This document shows, piece by piece, positions 51,336-60,489 of a stretch of DNA of 64,000 bases (position 1 is the first letter of the stretch; every line of letters begins with the position of its first letter). Under the pieces are notes generated by a model. That model was not told where the DNA came from, did not search any database, and saw only the letters and a list, made by a program, of their open reading frames with translations. Both the position numbers and the translations under genes were made by a program. Origin of the DNA: Dehalococcoidia bacterium (lineage in GTDB: Bacteria; Chloroflexota; Dehalococcoidia; SZUA-161; SpSt-899); contig JBGLNL010000001.1 of the NCBI GenBank assembly GCA_041300025.1, positions 1,518,792-1,582,791 of the forward strand, written 5' to 3'.

Positions 51336-52190
51336 ATGCAAAGAAAATACCCCTTTACCCCCATACTGGGCTGGTCGGTCAGCCGGTACGATAAATTCGA
51401 GATGTGCAAGCGTCAGTACTGGTACGATTATTACGCCAAAAAGTTCGATAAAGAAGTCCCGCCGCAAAAACTCGAATTTCTAAAGTCGCTTACCAGCACT
51501 TCCCTGGAAATCGGCAATCTGGTCCATGACACCATTGCTACCCAGTTGCACCGGCTCAGGAAGCAAACGCCTCAGGATACCACATCCGTTCTTAATTATG
51601 CCGGCTATCAGGTTGACCGGGCGATTCAAAACAAAACCTTCCTTGAGGTGTATTACGGGCAGCAGGATCGCATCGACCCCGCTGAATTAAAGGATCGCGT
51701 GGGAACCTGCCTGAAGAATTTCTTCGAAAGCCGCTGGTACCGGTGGCTTACCGAAGACGGGGTTCATCTTCGAAACGAATGGGTTATCGAGCCCAATGAT
51801 TTCGGGGAGGTTCGCATCAACGGGATGAAAGCCTATTGCAAAGTCGATTTCCTTTTCCCCGATCCCAAAGGGGATTTATACATTCTTGACTGGAAAACCG
51901 GTAAAATTGATCGGGAAAAGCATCACAGGCAAATGACCGGATATGTGGTCTATGCGCAGGATATCTTTAACACACGGGCAGAAAAAGTCAAACCGGTGGT
52001 AGTATATCTGGGTGGCAAATATGACGAAATAGAGCACGGTTTTACCCAGAACGAACTTGATGAATTTGCCAGGGAGATTGAGGCACAAACACAGGAAATG
52101 TATCAGTATTGTGAAAACGTTGCCGAGAACATTCCCAAAACGAAAGAAGCCTTCCCCAAGCACCAGCGCAAGCTTTGTGCTTATTGCCAA
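51336..52190 (+). CDS. PD-(D/E)XK (RecB-like) nuclease; C-terminus uncertain
   Basis: N-terminal C..QY, KVDF, ILDWKTG, QM..Y. Confidence 0.85.
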
Positions 52191-52245
52191 TTTAATTGTA
52201 GACATTGCTTACGGTTACCTTGATCCGAGGATTCATTATAAATAG
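52165..52245 (+). CDS. Peptide ABC permease (DppB/OppB-like), extreme C-terminus
   Basis: FVLIANLIVDIAYGYLDPRIHYK*. Confidence 0.7.
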   Translation, partial: SASFVLIANLIVDIAYGYLDPRIHYK

Positions 52246-52320
52246 TTTAATAAGAATTAAATAAACGTACATACCACTGATTATTCGGAGAAGACTAATG
52301 ATAAAAGCATTATCAGTAGA

Positions 52321-52755
52321 TCATATCGTCGGGGCTGCGCCTTTTGCATTTTCGGCAGGAAAGAATCTTACATAGAGTTTAGATCCGCTTGTCTGGTTTA
52401 TCACATAATATTCATCCTGACCAATTTCCTCGTATTCAACTTCGATATCACCGGCGCAATCTTCAGGACAGATACCCTTATCTTTCTCGAACTGGTCACA
52501 GATGCCGTCACCGCATTTATCAGCTAAAGGCTCTTCAGATTCGCCGCCGGCGTCTTGCGTTTTCTCGATTTGATTCTGGCCCGTTTCAACCTTGCCGAAG
52601 GTCTCAGAGGGTAACAAGTCATCATCGGAAGACTCAGAACACCCGATATCAGCTATCAGGGAACCGGCAAGAAGGATGAACAGAACAAAACCTGTTGCCA
52701 TAATCCTCATGATGCCTGCCGAATCGAAAGAAAAATCAGACGCTAAATATCTCAT
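52321..52755 (-). CDS. Exported hypothetical protein, N-terminal fragment
   Basis: Hydrophobic N-terminus ending IGC, CGDGICD motif; probably cut at ~52320. Confidence 0.55.
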   Translation of the reverse strand: MRYLASDFSFDSAGIMRIMATGFVLFILLAGSLIADIGCSESSDDDLLPSETFGKVETGQNQIEKTQDAGGESEEPLADKCGDGICDQFEKDKGICPEDCAGDIEVEYEEIGQDEYYVINQTSGSKLYVRFFPAENAKGAAPTI

Positions 52756-52818
52756 ATCATCTTCCTTCCTTATCTGAGCTTATCAGTTTATTATTACTCC
52801 GGCAATTAAATATGATAT

Positions 52819-52889
52819 GTCATTCCGGACTCCGAGCCGGAATCCACTTCCCTTCCAACCATCTGGATTCCCGCCTTCGCGGGAATGAC
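52819..52889. repeat. GTCATTCC...GGAATGAC REP dyad
   Basis: GTCATTCCGG..CCGGAATCC and GGATTCCCGC..GCGGGAATGAC arms. Confidence 0.8.
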
Positions 52890-52991
52890 ATTATCGGACA
52901 AATTTATCTCTTATTTAATTGACATATTAATAAGATTGGGCAAAGAATGTATTCTGATAAATTCCTTATTTTGTTACACTTCAAGTATAAG

Positions 52992-53062
52992 CTGCCGGGC
53001 CGGGATTCGAACCCGGACGGACGGCTCCAAAGGCCGTTGTGCTGCCGTTACACTACCCGGCA
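52992..53062 (-). tRNA. tRNA-Gln(TTG), CCA not encoded
   Basis: Acceptor TGCCGGG/CCCGGCA, anticodon arm ACGGC-CTTTGGA-GCCGT, GGTTCGAATCC. Confidence 0.95.
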
Positions 53063-53075
53063 AGGGGATAAAAAG

Positions 53076-53159
53076 TGCCGGAGGTCGGAGTCGAACCGAC
53101 ACAGGATTAACTCCCAACGGTTTTTGAGACCGTCGCGTCTACCATTCCGCCACTCCGGC
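53076..53159 (-). tRNA. tRNA-Leu(CAA), CCA not encoded
   Basis: GCCGGAG/CTCCGGC, ACGGT-CTCAAAA-ACCGT, long variable arm, GGTTCGACTCC. Confidence 0.95.
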
Positions 53160-53170
53160 TACAGCTACGG

Positions 53171-53200
53171 ATTATACCTTATTCGCCCCCGGAAAGTCTA
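53171..53200 (-). promoter_or_regulatory. Sigma70 promoter for the tRNA pair
   Basis: TAGACT-N18-TATAAT about 11 nt upstream of tRNA-Leu. Confidence 0.65.
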
Positions 53201-53318
53201 GAATCGGCAACACTACAGTTTGAACTTTCTGCCAATTACTAACTTCCGGGCGTATTCCTTAAAAACAAGTTTCTTCACTATTTGCAGTATTGCATACCGT
53301 ATGTATGAACGCTGGGAC

Positions 53319-53368
53319 TTGCGTATTGTAACCCTTTAGATTACAATTGTAACCATAATGGATACAAT
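53319..53368 (+). promoter_or_regulatory. Promoter overlapped by two 9-5-9 palindromes
   Basis: TTGCGT-N17-TACAAT; ATTGTAACC-N5-GATTACAAT and ATTGTAACC-N5-GGATACAAT. Confidence 0.7.
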
Positions 53369-53969
53369 CATCGACGGCACCAATCTTACCGCTACGCTTT
53401 TCGGTAAGACCCGACAGGTGGTCCTGGCATTACTTTTTAGCCATAATGATGAATCGTTTTACCTGCGGCAGATCGTCCGAGCGACAGGTGCCGGGCTGGG
53501 CCCGGTACAACGGGAGCTGAAGAACCTTACGGAAAGCGGCGTCATCATCCGGGAAGCAAGAGGAAGACAGGTCTATTATCGGGCGAATGCGAAATGCCCC
53601 ATCTTCGACGATCTCAAAAGCATAGTCAGCAAGACTTTCGGGATGGCCTATATCATCAGACAATCACTTTCCATAGCTCTTGATGAAATCAGGGTGGCAT
53701 TCATATTCGGATCAATCGCTTCCGGCAACGAAGACAAAATGAGTGATATTGATGTGATGGTGATCGGCAATATTTCTTTTGGGGATACAGTCAATCTCCT
53801 TTCCAGTGCAGAGGAGAAACTGGCACGTGAGATCAATGCGGTCGTCTATCCGATTGCTGAATTCCGGCAAAAGCTGAAGGAGGGCCACCACTTCGTCAGG
53901 AACGTGATGGATAGCCAAAAGATATTTATTACAGGTGATCAGGATGAGCTTGAAAGACTGGCTGAATGA
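53358..53969 (+). CDS. wHTH-minimal nucleotidyltransferase (antitoxin-like)
   Basis: N-terminal wHTH; FGSIASG...SDIDV MNT motif. Confidence 0.9.
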   Translation: MDTIIDGTNLTATLFGKTRQVVLALLFSHNDESFYLRQIVRATGAGLGPVQRELKNLTESGVIIREARGRQVYYRANAKCPIFDDLKSIVSKTFGMAYIIRQSLSIALDEIRVAFIFGSIASGNEDKMSDIDVMVIGNISFGDTVNLLSSAEEKLAREINAVVYPIAEFRQKLKEGHHFVRNVMDSQKIFITGDQDELERLAE

Positions 53970-54387
53970 AGGACGGATCAAAAGCCACACCACCAGCAAA
54001 AAAGAGATAGAGCAGCTTCTCGCAGTATTCGACCGGGACATGGCTGATGCTCAGGCAGACAATCTAAGCACTGACAGGCGATTTGCCACCGCGTATAACG
54101 CAGCGCTCATGACAGCCAGAGTTGCTCTGGCTGCCGGCGGATATCGAACATCAGGTTCCGGTAATCACTACTGGACGATTCAATCCCTGACCTTTACGCT
54201 AAAGCCGCCTTCTGAGACGATCAGGAAATTCAACAAATTCCGCCAGAAACGCAATATCAGTGATTATGAAATGATCGGCGTGGTTTCAGACCAGGAACTG
54301 GAAGAAATGATGGCTCTTGCCCACGAACTTCGGGAGATGGTAACTGTATGGCTACGAAAGGATCACCCGGAACTTCTGGAAGATTAA
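53944..54387 (+). CDS. HEPN domain protein (toxin-like partner)
   Basis: AYNAAL, RQKRNISDY; overlaps the MNT stop. Confidence 0.8.
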   Translation: MSLKDWLNEGRIKSHTTSKKEIEQLLAVFDRDMADAQADNLSTDRRFATAYNAALMTARVALAAGGYRTSGSGNHYWTIQSLTFTLKPPSETIRKFNKFRQKRNISDYEMIGVVSDQELEEMMALAHELREMVTVWLRKDHPELLED

Positions 54388-54535
54388 AGGATGGCAGGTC
54401 TATTAATGAACACGCGAGCTATTAGTGGGACAGATCCGGGCATTTAACCGGAGCAACTCCCTCACTCACCAATCCGGTTATTCAACGGCCTCGTTATGCG
54501 GCTAACAAATTATGAATGAGCTAAAATTACAGTAG

Positions 54536-55096
54536 TTATGAACGTTTCTTCTTTTTTGTCTTCTTTGCTGCGTTACGTCTTGTGGCGCGATTTGGCCCAA
54601 GACTTGCGGGTGTAACCAACCTATGTTTACCCTGCTGTTGTTTTAGAAAATCGATGACCTCGACTGACGGCATCCTAAATGAGAAAACGGTTTTACCGCC
54701 TTTATTGGTGACAGCAAAATCCCCTTTACTTATAATGTCCATCCCGATCAATATCTCAGGTTGACCCGTAATTATACCCTCAATAACAGTCAATTGTGGA
54801 ATGATTACCTTATTAGGCAGGAAGAGACTTACATAGTAAACTGGCTTCATCCCTGCACCACCAGCGGTATGTACTTTTGCCATACTGATAGGCTTAAGCC
54901 CACACTCATCAACAACTTTCTGTGTAACGACAGTATTAGTTGCTCCAGTATCCCAGATGGCAATGTATTCTTTAGGGTCTTTTGGGGGTGGGCTGTCTTG
55001 AGGTGAAAATGGTTGACCAATTGAGGCTTTGGTCAGCAGTACATGTACTATCTTGTCGCGGTAAGCCGTAAAAGCCGGGGCATTAGTTGGGTCCAT
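54536..55096 (-). CDS. Retropepsin-like aspartyl protease
   Basis: AIWDTGAT and ILIGMDII. Confidence 0.88.
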   Translation of the reverse strand: MDPTNAPAFTAYRDKIVHVLLTKASIGQPFSPQDSPPPKDPKEYIAIWDTGATNTVVTQKVVDECGLKPISMAKVHTAGGAGMKPVYYVSLFLPNKVIIPQLTVIEGIITGQPEILIGMDIISKGDFAVTNKGGKTVFSFRMPSVEVIDFLKQQQGKHRLVTPASLGPNRATRRNAAKKTKKKKRS

Positions 55097-55105
55097 ATAT
55101 GACCC

Positions 55106-55351
55106 TTAGACTATAACTACCCTAGAATGATATGTTTGGGTATAGCTACCTTCACCTGGTTCACATTCTTGTACGAGGAAAGTACCAAGGGGATGCTCTT
55201 TTGAGGTTTCATTGACGGCTTCTAACATAGAATTATAGGCACCAAGAACCTTCTCGTCTTTGATGACGACAAACTTGCCCTGATATTTGGCAACAAGTTC
55301 ATCTTGATGATCCAAATAGAATTGGAATTCTTTTTCTAGCTCGCTCGCCAT
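55106..55351 (-). CDS. DUF5678-like small protein
   Basis: ELVAKYQGKFVVIKDEKVLG; upstream of the protease. Confidence 0.75.
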   Translation of the reverse strand: MASELEKEFQFYLDHQDELVAKYQGKFVVIKDEKVLGAYNSMLEAVNETSKEHPLGTFLVQECEPGEGSYTQTYHSRVVIV

Positions 55352-55589
55352 TAGCTTTCCCCCAGCGCTTTCAATTTTATGTGTAACTCAATAACTTGTC
55401 AAGCGGGCTAGCCATAAATAATTTCTGGTATATCGTAATTTTATGAGTGAAATTTTGAGTTGAATGCATCAATGAACGAATATAGCCGCACAACGTTTGA
55501 GCTAACCTGCCCCACATCCTTTCTGCCATTGTAGCAAAACTGTGGGAACAAAACCTACCGTTTATCGGGCGCAAAGTTGAAACTGAAAT

Positions 55590-55990
55590 CCTGCGGGAGG
55601 ATATGCAGTTGAAAAGGGTACATTCCCTATAATCGTAAAGTTACCTTGAAATATGTATTTGGCCAAGACACCATATATAAGCTCGTCACCATATATCCGT
55701 GGAGCGACAAAGAAATAACTTATTAAAAACTTGACGGCAATAAGAACAAAGAAACTTAAAATTATAAGACCGAACCATCCACCCAATTTCATGAAAAAGT
55801 GAAGACATTTGGAACGGTTTAGTATTTGTCTTATCGTTTTGATATTATAAACGATAATTATACTTATTCCTAATAGTATTATGAATATCAAAGCACCGAT
55901 TCCTTGAGGCATCTTATTAGATGTAATACCTGCCTGATCTGACGTAACAATTATTTTTCTTAAATCTATGCTACTTGATCCATTATTATC
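55590..55990 (-). CDS. Membrane glycosyltransferase-like fragment
   Basis: TM helices then RIYGDELIY...YPP; AT-rich; both ends uncertain. Confidence 0.5.
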
Positions 55991-57962
55991 AAAGATTTCA
56001 AGATTGAATCTTTCTTCTTCACTGGCGTTTTGCATTATGTTTTTAATGCCGGAATTCCTCACCGCGGCAAATCATGCCAAACCTGATTTCTGGGTGCGGA
56101 ATGATGCAGGTACCATTACTCATACATGGACCGGCAATGATCCGGATCAATCCCTTGTTATGAATCTGCAGGGGCGCAAGGTTGTGATGCAGTTTCATTC
56201 ATCCGTCACAAATGGTTTGAGTTATATTTCCCGTTTTTTCAATGTGAAGAGAGATAATTTTAACGAGATCATGATCGATACCGGTGCAGAACCGGATCCG
56301 GAGGTGCGCATCGATAACCTGATACTGAAAACAGGCTCCCCGGTATCGGTCACTTTCGATGGAATGCTCACCTTTACCTATCCGGAAAATAAAGGGATCG
56401 TTCTTAGTCGTATGATATATCCATCCAATATGAATGCTCTGGTCCTGGAGGAGTGGCAGGTTCGTAACAATTCCGGCAAAACGGTAAAGATGTCGGTCTC
56501 GGCAGCCCGGCAGGTGAAATATACGGATGAAGAAATAGTAGTAGTCCGGACCTGCACTGGAGTTGAACCTGTTGCAGTGGCCCCGGGTGATACACTATTT
56601 TTCACAGTTTCGGTTCAGGCCAGGGAAATTGCTGCCCCTGACAGGGTGCCGGATGTTGTACTGGAACACCAGGAACGTGTTAAAATGGCAAGATGTGCGT
56701 GGCATGGTCCGGGTCGTCTCGAAACCCCTGATCCGGCTCTGGACCTTGCATTTGCACTGCAGAAATTTCATATTCTGGAATGTCCGGTAGAAACCTGGAA
56801 AGGAGTTATTACTCACAACGGAAGTCTGAGATACTCACCGGGCATCTGGGCAAACGATCCGGTTGAATACTCCAGTCCTGTTTTTCCGTTTTTTGGAGAT
56901 GAGCAGTTAAATGATGCCTCGCTGAACATGTACAGGATATGGATGGATTATTGCAGGGAGAATGGAATCCGTCCCTTTCCCGGTTCGTTCGAACATGCCT
57001 CCCTGAAGCTTGTCCAGCAGGAACGTGGTGATGATGCAATGGTTCTTTATGGCCTTTCGAAGTTCCTCCTGTTTCTTGGCGATCCGAGAGCGGCAGAGGA
57101 GATGTGGCCTCTCATTGAATTCAGTGCACAATCTGTAAATTCACATCTGACCAGTGACGGAATAATCTCTTCAGAGACTGATGAGATGGAGGGGAGATAC
57201 CCTACCGGCGATGCCAATCTGAGTACCTCCTCACTTGCTTACAGCGGATATCGTCAGGCGGCACGTCTGGCACATGATATGGGTAAAAAGTCTGTCGAAC
57301 TGGAATTTGATAAGCGCGCGGATGCACTTCGAAAGGCGATAGAAAAATACTTTGGTGCTGAGATAGAAGGCTTCAGGACTTATCGTTATTTTAAAGAGAA
57401 CACCACCCTGCGTGGATGGATCCTGTTGCCGATAGCGATGGGTATCGATGACAGGCAGGAGGGAACGATTGCAGCCTTACTTTCTGATAAACTCTGGCCC
57501 GGGCGGTTGAATGGTGCCGACATACTTGCTGAATCAACAGTTCCAACAGAATGGGCACGCGAGACTTACTATGCGCTGAGGGTATTGTTCAAGGCTGGCC
57601 TTACGGAAGAATCGCTTGACATGACCCGGCGGGTGGTGAAAGCCCAGGTTTTCGGAGAACAGGGTCCGTATCCGGACGAAGATGCCATTGACATGCTCTG
57701 CCCCGGGTCGCTTTATCCCCGTGTTTTCACAGAAGGCATGTTCGGGATCGTTCCTAAGGGTCTTAAATCCTTTAATTGTACACCTTGGTTACCAAATGAA
57801 TGGCCACAGATGGCGATGCGTGACATGCGAGCTTTTGGCAGAGATTGGGATATGGTTGTGGAGAGGGCAGGGGATAAACAGAAGATTACAGTCAGCAGTG
57901 GAGGAAAGGTCATTTTCACCGGTTCGGGCCCGGCAGGAAAAACCTATTCGGTTAAATTCTGA
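55968..57962 (+). CDS. Six-hairpin glycosidase-like protein (start uncertain)
   Basis: GIWAND, ETDEMEGRY, STSSLAY helical repeat region. Confidence 0.7.
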   Translation: MLLDPLLSKISRLNLSSSLAFCIMFLMPEFLTAANHAKPDFWVRNDAGTITHTWTGNDPDQSLVMNLQGRKVVMQFHSSVTNGLSYISRFFNVKRDNFNEIMIDTGAEPDPEVRIDNLILKTGSPVSVTFDGMLTFTYPENKGIVLSRMIYPSNMNALVLEEWQVRNNSGKTVKMSVSAARQVKYTDEEIVVVRTCTGVEPVAVAPGDTLFFTVSVQAREIAAPDRVPDVVLEHQERVKMARCAWHGPGRLETPDPALDLAFALQKFHILECPVETWKGVITHNGSLRYSPGIWANDPVEYSSPVFPFFGDEQLNDASLNMYRIWMDYCRENGIRPFPGSFEHASLKLVQQERGDDAMVLYGLSKFLLFLGDPRAAEEMWPLIEFSAQSVNSHLTSDGIISSETDEMEGRYPTGDANLSTSSLAYSGYRQAARLAHDMGKKSVELEFDKRADALRKAIEKYFGAEIEGFRTYRYFKENTTLRGWILLPIAMGIDDRQEGTIAALLSDKLWPGRLNGADILAESTVPTEWARETYYALRVLFKAGLTEESLDMTRRVVKAQVFGEQGPYPDEDAIDMLCPGSLYPRVFTEGMFGIVPKGLKSFNCTPWLPNEWPQMAMRDMRAFGRDWDMVVERAGDKQKITVSSGGKVIFTGSGPAGKTYSVKF

Positions 57963-58139
57963 ATTCATCCTGTACCTCAAAAGAAAAGGAACTACAAAAC
58001 CATTTGAAATAATAAATCATGAAACAACCCACAATGAAATATCTCATCATCATCGCCCTGGCTTTGCCTGGTACTTTACTCACTGTCCATGCCGCACCGC
58101 AGACTAGGCTACTTCCATTGTCCGAGGTTTGGCGCCGAG

Positions 58140-58290
58140 GTACCGGAACGCGGCTCGATCAGCCAGCACCCGGCGCTGCGCTGGGAGGACGCGTTTGTCT
58201 CTCTCTGGAAACAAACGGACGGATGGGCGCGATGCTGTTTGGCACTCCGGAAAATAAGGTTCTCGTGGCCAACCATTGCCGGCTTGTTCT
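58140..58290 (+). pseudogene. Frameshifted N-terminal fragment of a GH95-like glycosidase
   Basis: PALRWEDAFVS and NGRMGAMLFG lie in different frames, separated by two 4 bp duplications. Confidence 0.5.
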
Positions 58291-58620
58291 TTGCCAGCCT
58301 TATTTTTCGCTATCTGGGCGTTGCATACATCCCGTTTCATATCAAGCATGTCCAGACGTTTACCCATACAGCCTACACCAATTTACCAACAGACAAACCC
58401 TCATATACTGAATTACATAACTATTTAGCATACAAAACGTTACAGTGCTATTTGGCATTTGTTACAGGAGGCTGCACAAAAAAATTATATTGGAATGACA
58501 AATTTAGCTTGTTTTATCAGGAATCTTCACTAACATATTTAGTCTTGTGGACGAACTTGCATAGTCTGACATTTTATGTTAGAATTGTGAGTCTGAGTTG
58601 ACAATACAATAATGAAGTTT

Positions 58621-58696
58621 GGGGCCGTAGCTCAATTTTGGTTAGAGCATCGGACTGTCGATCCGAAGGTTGCGGGTTCGATCCCCGTCGGCCTCG
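58621..58696 (+). tRNA. tRNA-Asp(GTC), CCA not encoded
   Basis: GGGGCCG/CGGCCTC, TCGGA-CTGTCGA-TCCGA, GGTTCGATCCC. Confidence 0.9.
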
Positions 58697-58830
58697 TTAG
58701 TTGAGAACCCTTGTTATTAGTCGAAAAACCACGTTTTTGGCCTAGTGATGGGGTTTTTCCATTGTTTCCAGAACCCCTGCCAGTAACTCCTTCAGTCCAT
58801 TACGGTCCGTGAAAATCCCTGAATCTACCT

Positions 58831-58985
58831 TCATAGATCGGAAGGACCAGTCTTTTGCTTTGTCAAATCCCGATTCAGTAGGGCACCACACCTCTCGATG
58901 AATTCCCTTGTTCCCAGCGGTCGCCCGGTATGTTCATGTTTTGAAGGATTTCGCCCTCCACGGGATCTTCCTTTAGAAATTGATC
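58831..58985 (-). pseudogene. REP-associated tyrosine transposase-like C-terminal remnant
   Basis: FLKED..GEILQ then frameshift to HEHTGRPLGTREFIERCGALLNRDLTKQKTGP*. Confidence 0.6.
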
Positions 58986-59204
58986 TCTAAGAGAATTTTT
59001 AATTGTTTATGTCCGTCCTGGCTTCCAATCGCAGTGGGTAGAGAAAATGAGACCCCCACGGCAGCATCCCGTAAAATCCCCTGGATTTTGGGGTACTTAT
59101 TGTAAACGATAGTACTATTTGTTAACCAGATATCTCAATACCCCGCATTGCCTCATAATAAAAGTTACCCCAAGGAGGCAAAAGCGGTATTTAAGAAGAT
59201 TCGT

Positions 59205-59630
59205 CTATTCGTATCTTCTGACTTCGAAACGAAAGAGTCTGGATGGTTCATCAGGTGAAATCCCGGCTTTACTGCGAGCGATGTCTATCTGTTGGGCTAC
59301 ACTGTTAACCCCGGGGAGATCGGGAAGGAGAATGCCTTTTTTGGGTCCGGATGTGACCAGCACTCCGTATTTGACAGGATCGAGTTCGGCTTCGCTTTTG
59401 ACGGGTTCCGGCCTGGTTAGAATATCAACCTTGTTGGGTTGGGTGGGTTCAAAGGTGCCGATACAGCCCCGGAGTTGTCCGTGCTTATGAATGGAAACGA
59501 AGACGCCTGCCCTTTCCTTCATCTCCGGTACTTCCATTCGTGGTCGAGGGGTTTCCCTGTCTTTCACGAACATTTCCACCGTATCTTTGGCCAGTTTTAC
59601 AATTGGATGCAAATCTCTTTCTTCCATCAT
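59205..59630 (-). CDS. AmmeMemoRadiSam protein A (AMMECR1) with an internal in-frame deletion
   Basis: GVFVSI..LRGCIGT, GILLPDL; TQPN joined directly to KVDILT. Confidence 0.85.
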   Translation of the reverse strand: MMEERDLHPIVKLAKDTVEMFVKDRETPRPRMEVPEMKERAGVFVSIHKHGQLRGCIGTFEPTQPNKVDILTRPEPVKSEAELDPVKYGVLVTSGPKKGILLPDLPGVNSVAQQIDIARSKAGISPDEPSRLFRFEVRRYE

Positions 59631-60436
59631 TTTATGATTACTCCTGCGTAGCCAACCACACTGTTGTAATCGCCCGTCACATCCCCGCTGGTTTGATATC
59701 GCACCAGTTCCGCTTCCTTTGCGCCAAGCTCTTTGGCCGCATATATAAGACAAACAGTTGGCCCATATCCGCACATGGTTATGTTGAATTCTCTGATTCG
59801 TTCCAGAAGCTCGTCCTCGTTCAAATCGAGAATGGCCTCGATGGCTTTCATGTCCTTTTTTCTGGCAACTTCCTGCGGCTCGTAATGGGTCATGTCGCTG
59901 CTGGCCATAATTACCACTTTTCCGCCCGTTTCCTTTATAGCTGTGGCGATGCTTTGGCCTATTTCTTTGTAAAACTCGCCGCTGGCATGAGCGAGCACAA
60001 TAGGCACGATTTTAATTTTATCACTTAAATACTGCAGGAAAGGCAACTGAACCTCTATGGAATGTTCGTAGCGATGCGCTTGAGTGTCCTCCTCAAGATA
60101 TTCGGAATTTTGCAGAATCAGCTTCCCCAGCTCGGAGTCGACTGGCATATTACCAAGAGGAGTTTCCCAATCCCCCTCGGTCATGATGGCAAAAGGTGCT
60201 CCCATGCCTGTATGATTTGGTCCCATGATCACAAAGGTATCTGCGGGTTCTATTCTCGAAATTGTGGCTCCGGCCACGGGGCCGGAAAACGGGTAGCCAG
60301 CATGAGGGGAAATCAGTCCTATCACCTTATCTTTTTGAGAATCCGGATCAATCATCCTCTCAATATCTGCCCGGAGAGCACCGGACGATCCCGGATAGAA
60401 TCTTCCCGCTACCACCGGTTTTCTGACCATCGCCAC
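59627..60436 (-). CDS. AmmeMemoRadiSam protein B (MEMO1 family)
   Basis: RKPVVAGRFYP, PHAGY, GPNH, EHSIEVQ, SSDMTH, TMCG. Confidence 0.95.
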   Translation of the reverse strand: MAMVRKPVVAGRFYPGSSGALRADIERMIDPDSQKDKVIGLISPHAGYPFSGPVAGATISRIEPADTFVIMGPNHTGMGAPFAIMTEGDWETPLGNMPVDSELGKLILQNSEYLEEDTQAHRYEHSIEVQLPFLQYLSDKIKIVPIVLAHASGEFYKEIGQSIATAIKETGGKVVIMASSDMTHYEPQEVARKKDMKAIEAILDLNEDELLERIREFNITMCGYGPTVCLIYAAKELGAKEAELVRYQTSGDVTGDYNSVVGYAGVIIK

Positions 60437-60489
60437 CTCCTCTCTGATAACCTGCAGGGCAGGGTTCCACGGGCCTTGCCCGTGGGTAT

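Noticed and set aside
52165-52223. Dual coding: LCAYCQF (nuclease) and FVLIANL (permease) in overlapping frames
   Set aside because: Most simply a chimeric join where one reading is coincidental; it cannot be resolved without reads.
55495-55600. FIGRKVETEILRE, resembling the start of an AAA ATPase
   Set aside because: Too short, has an upstream in-frame stop and ends at a junction.
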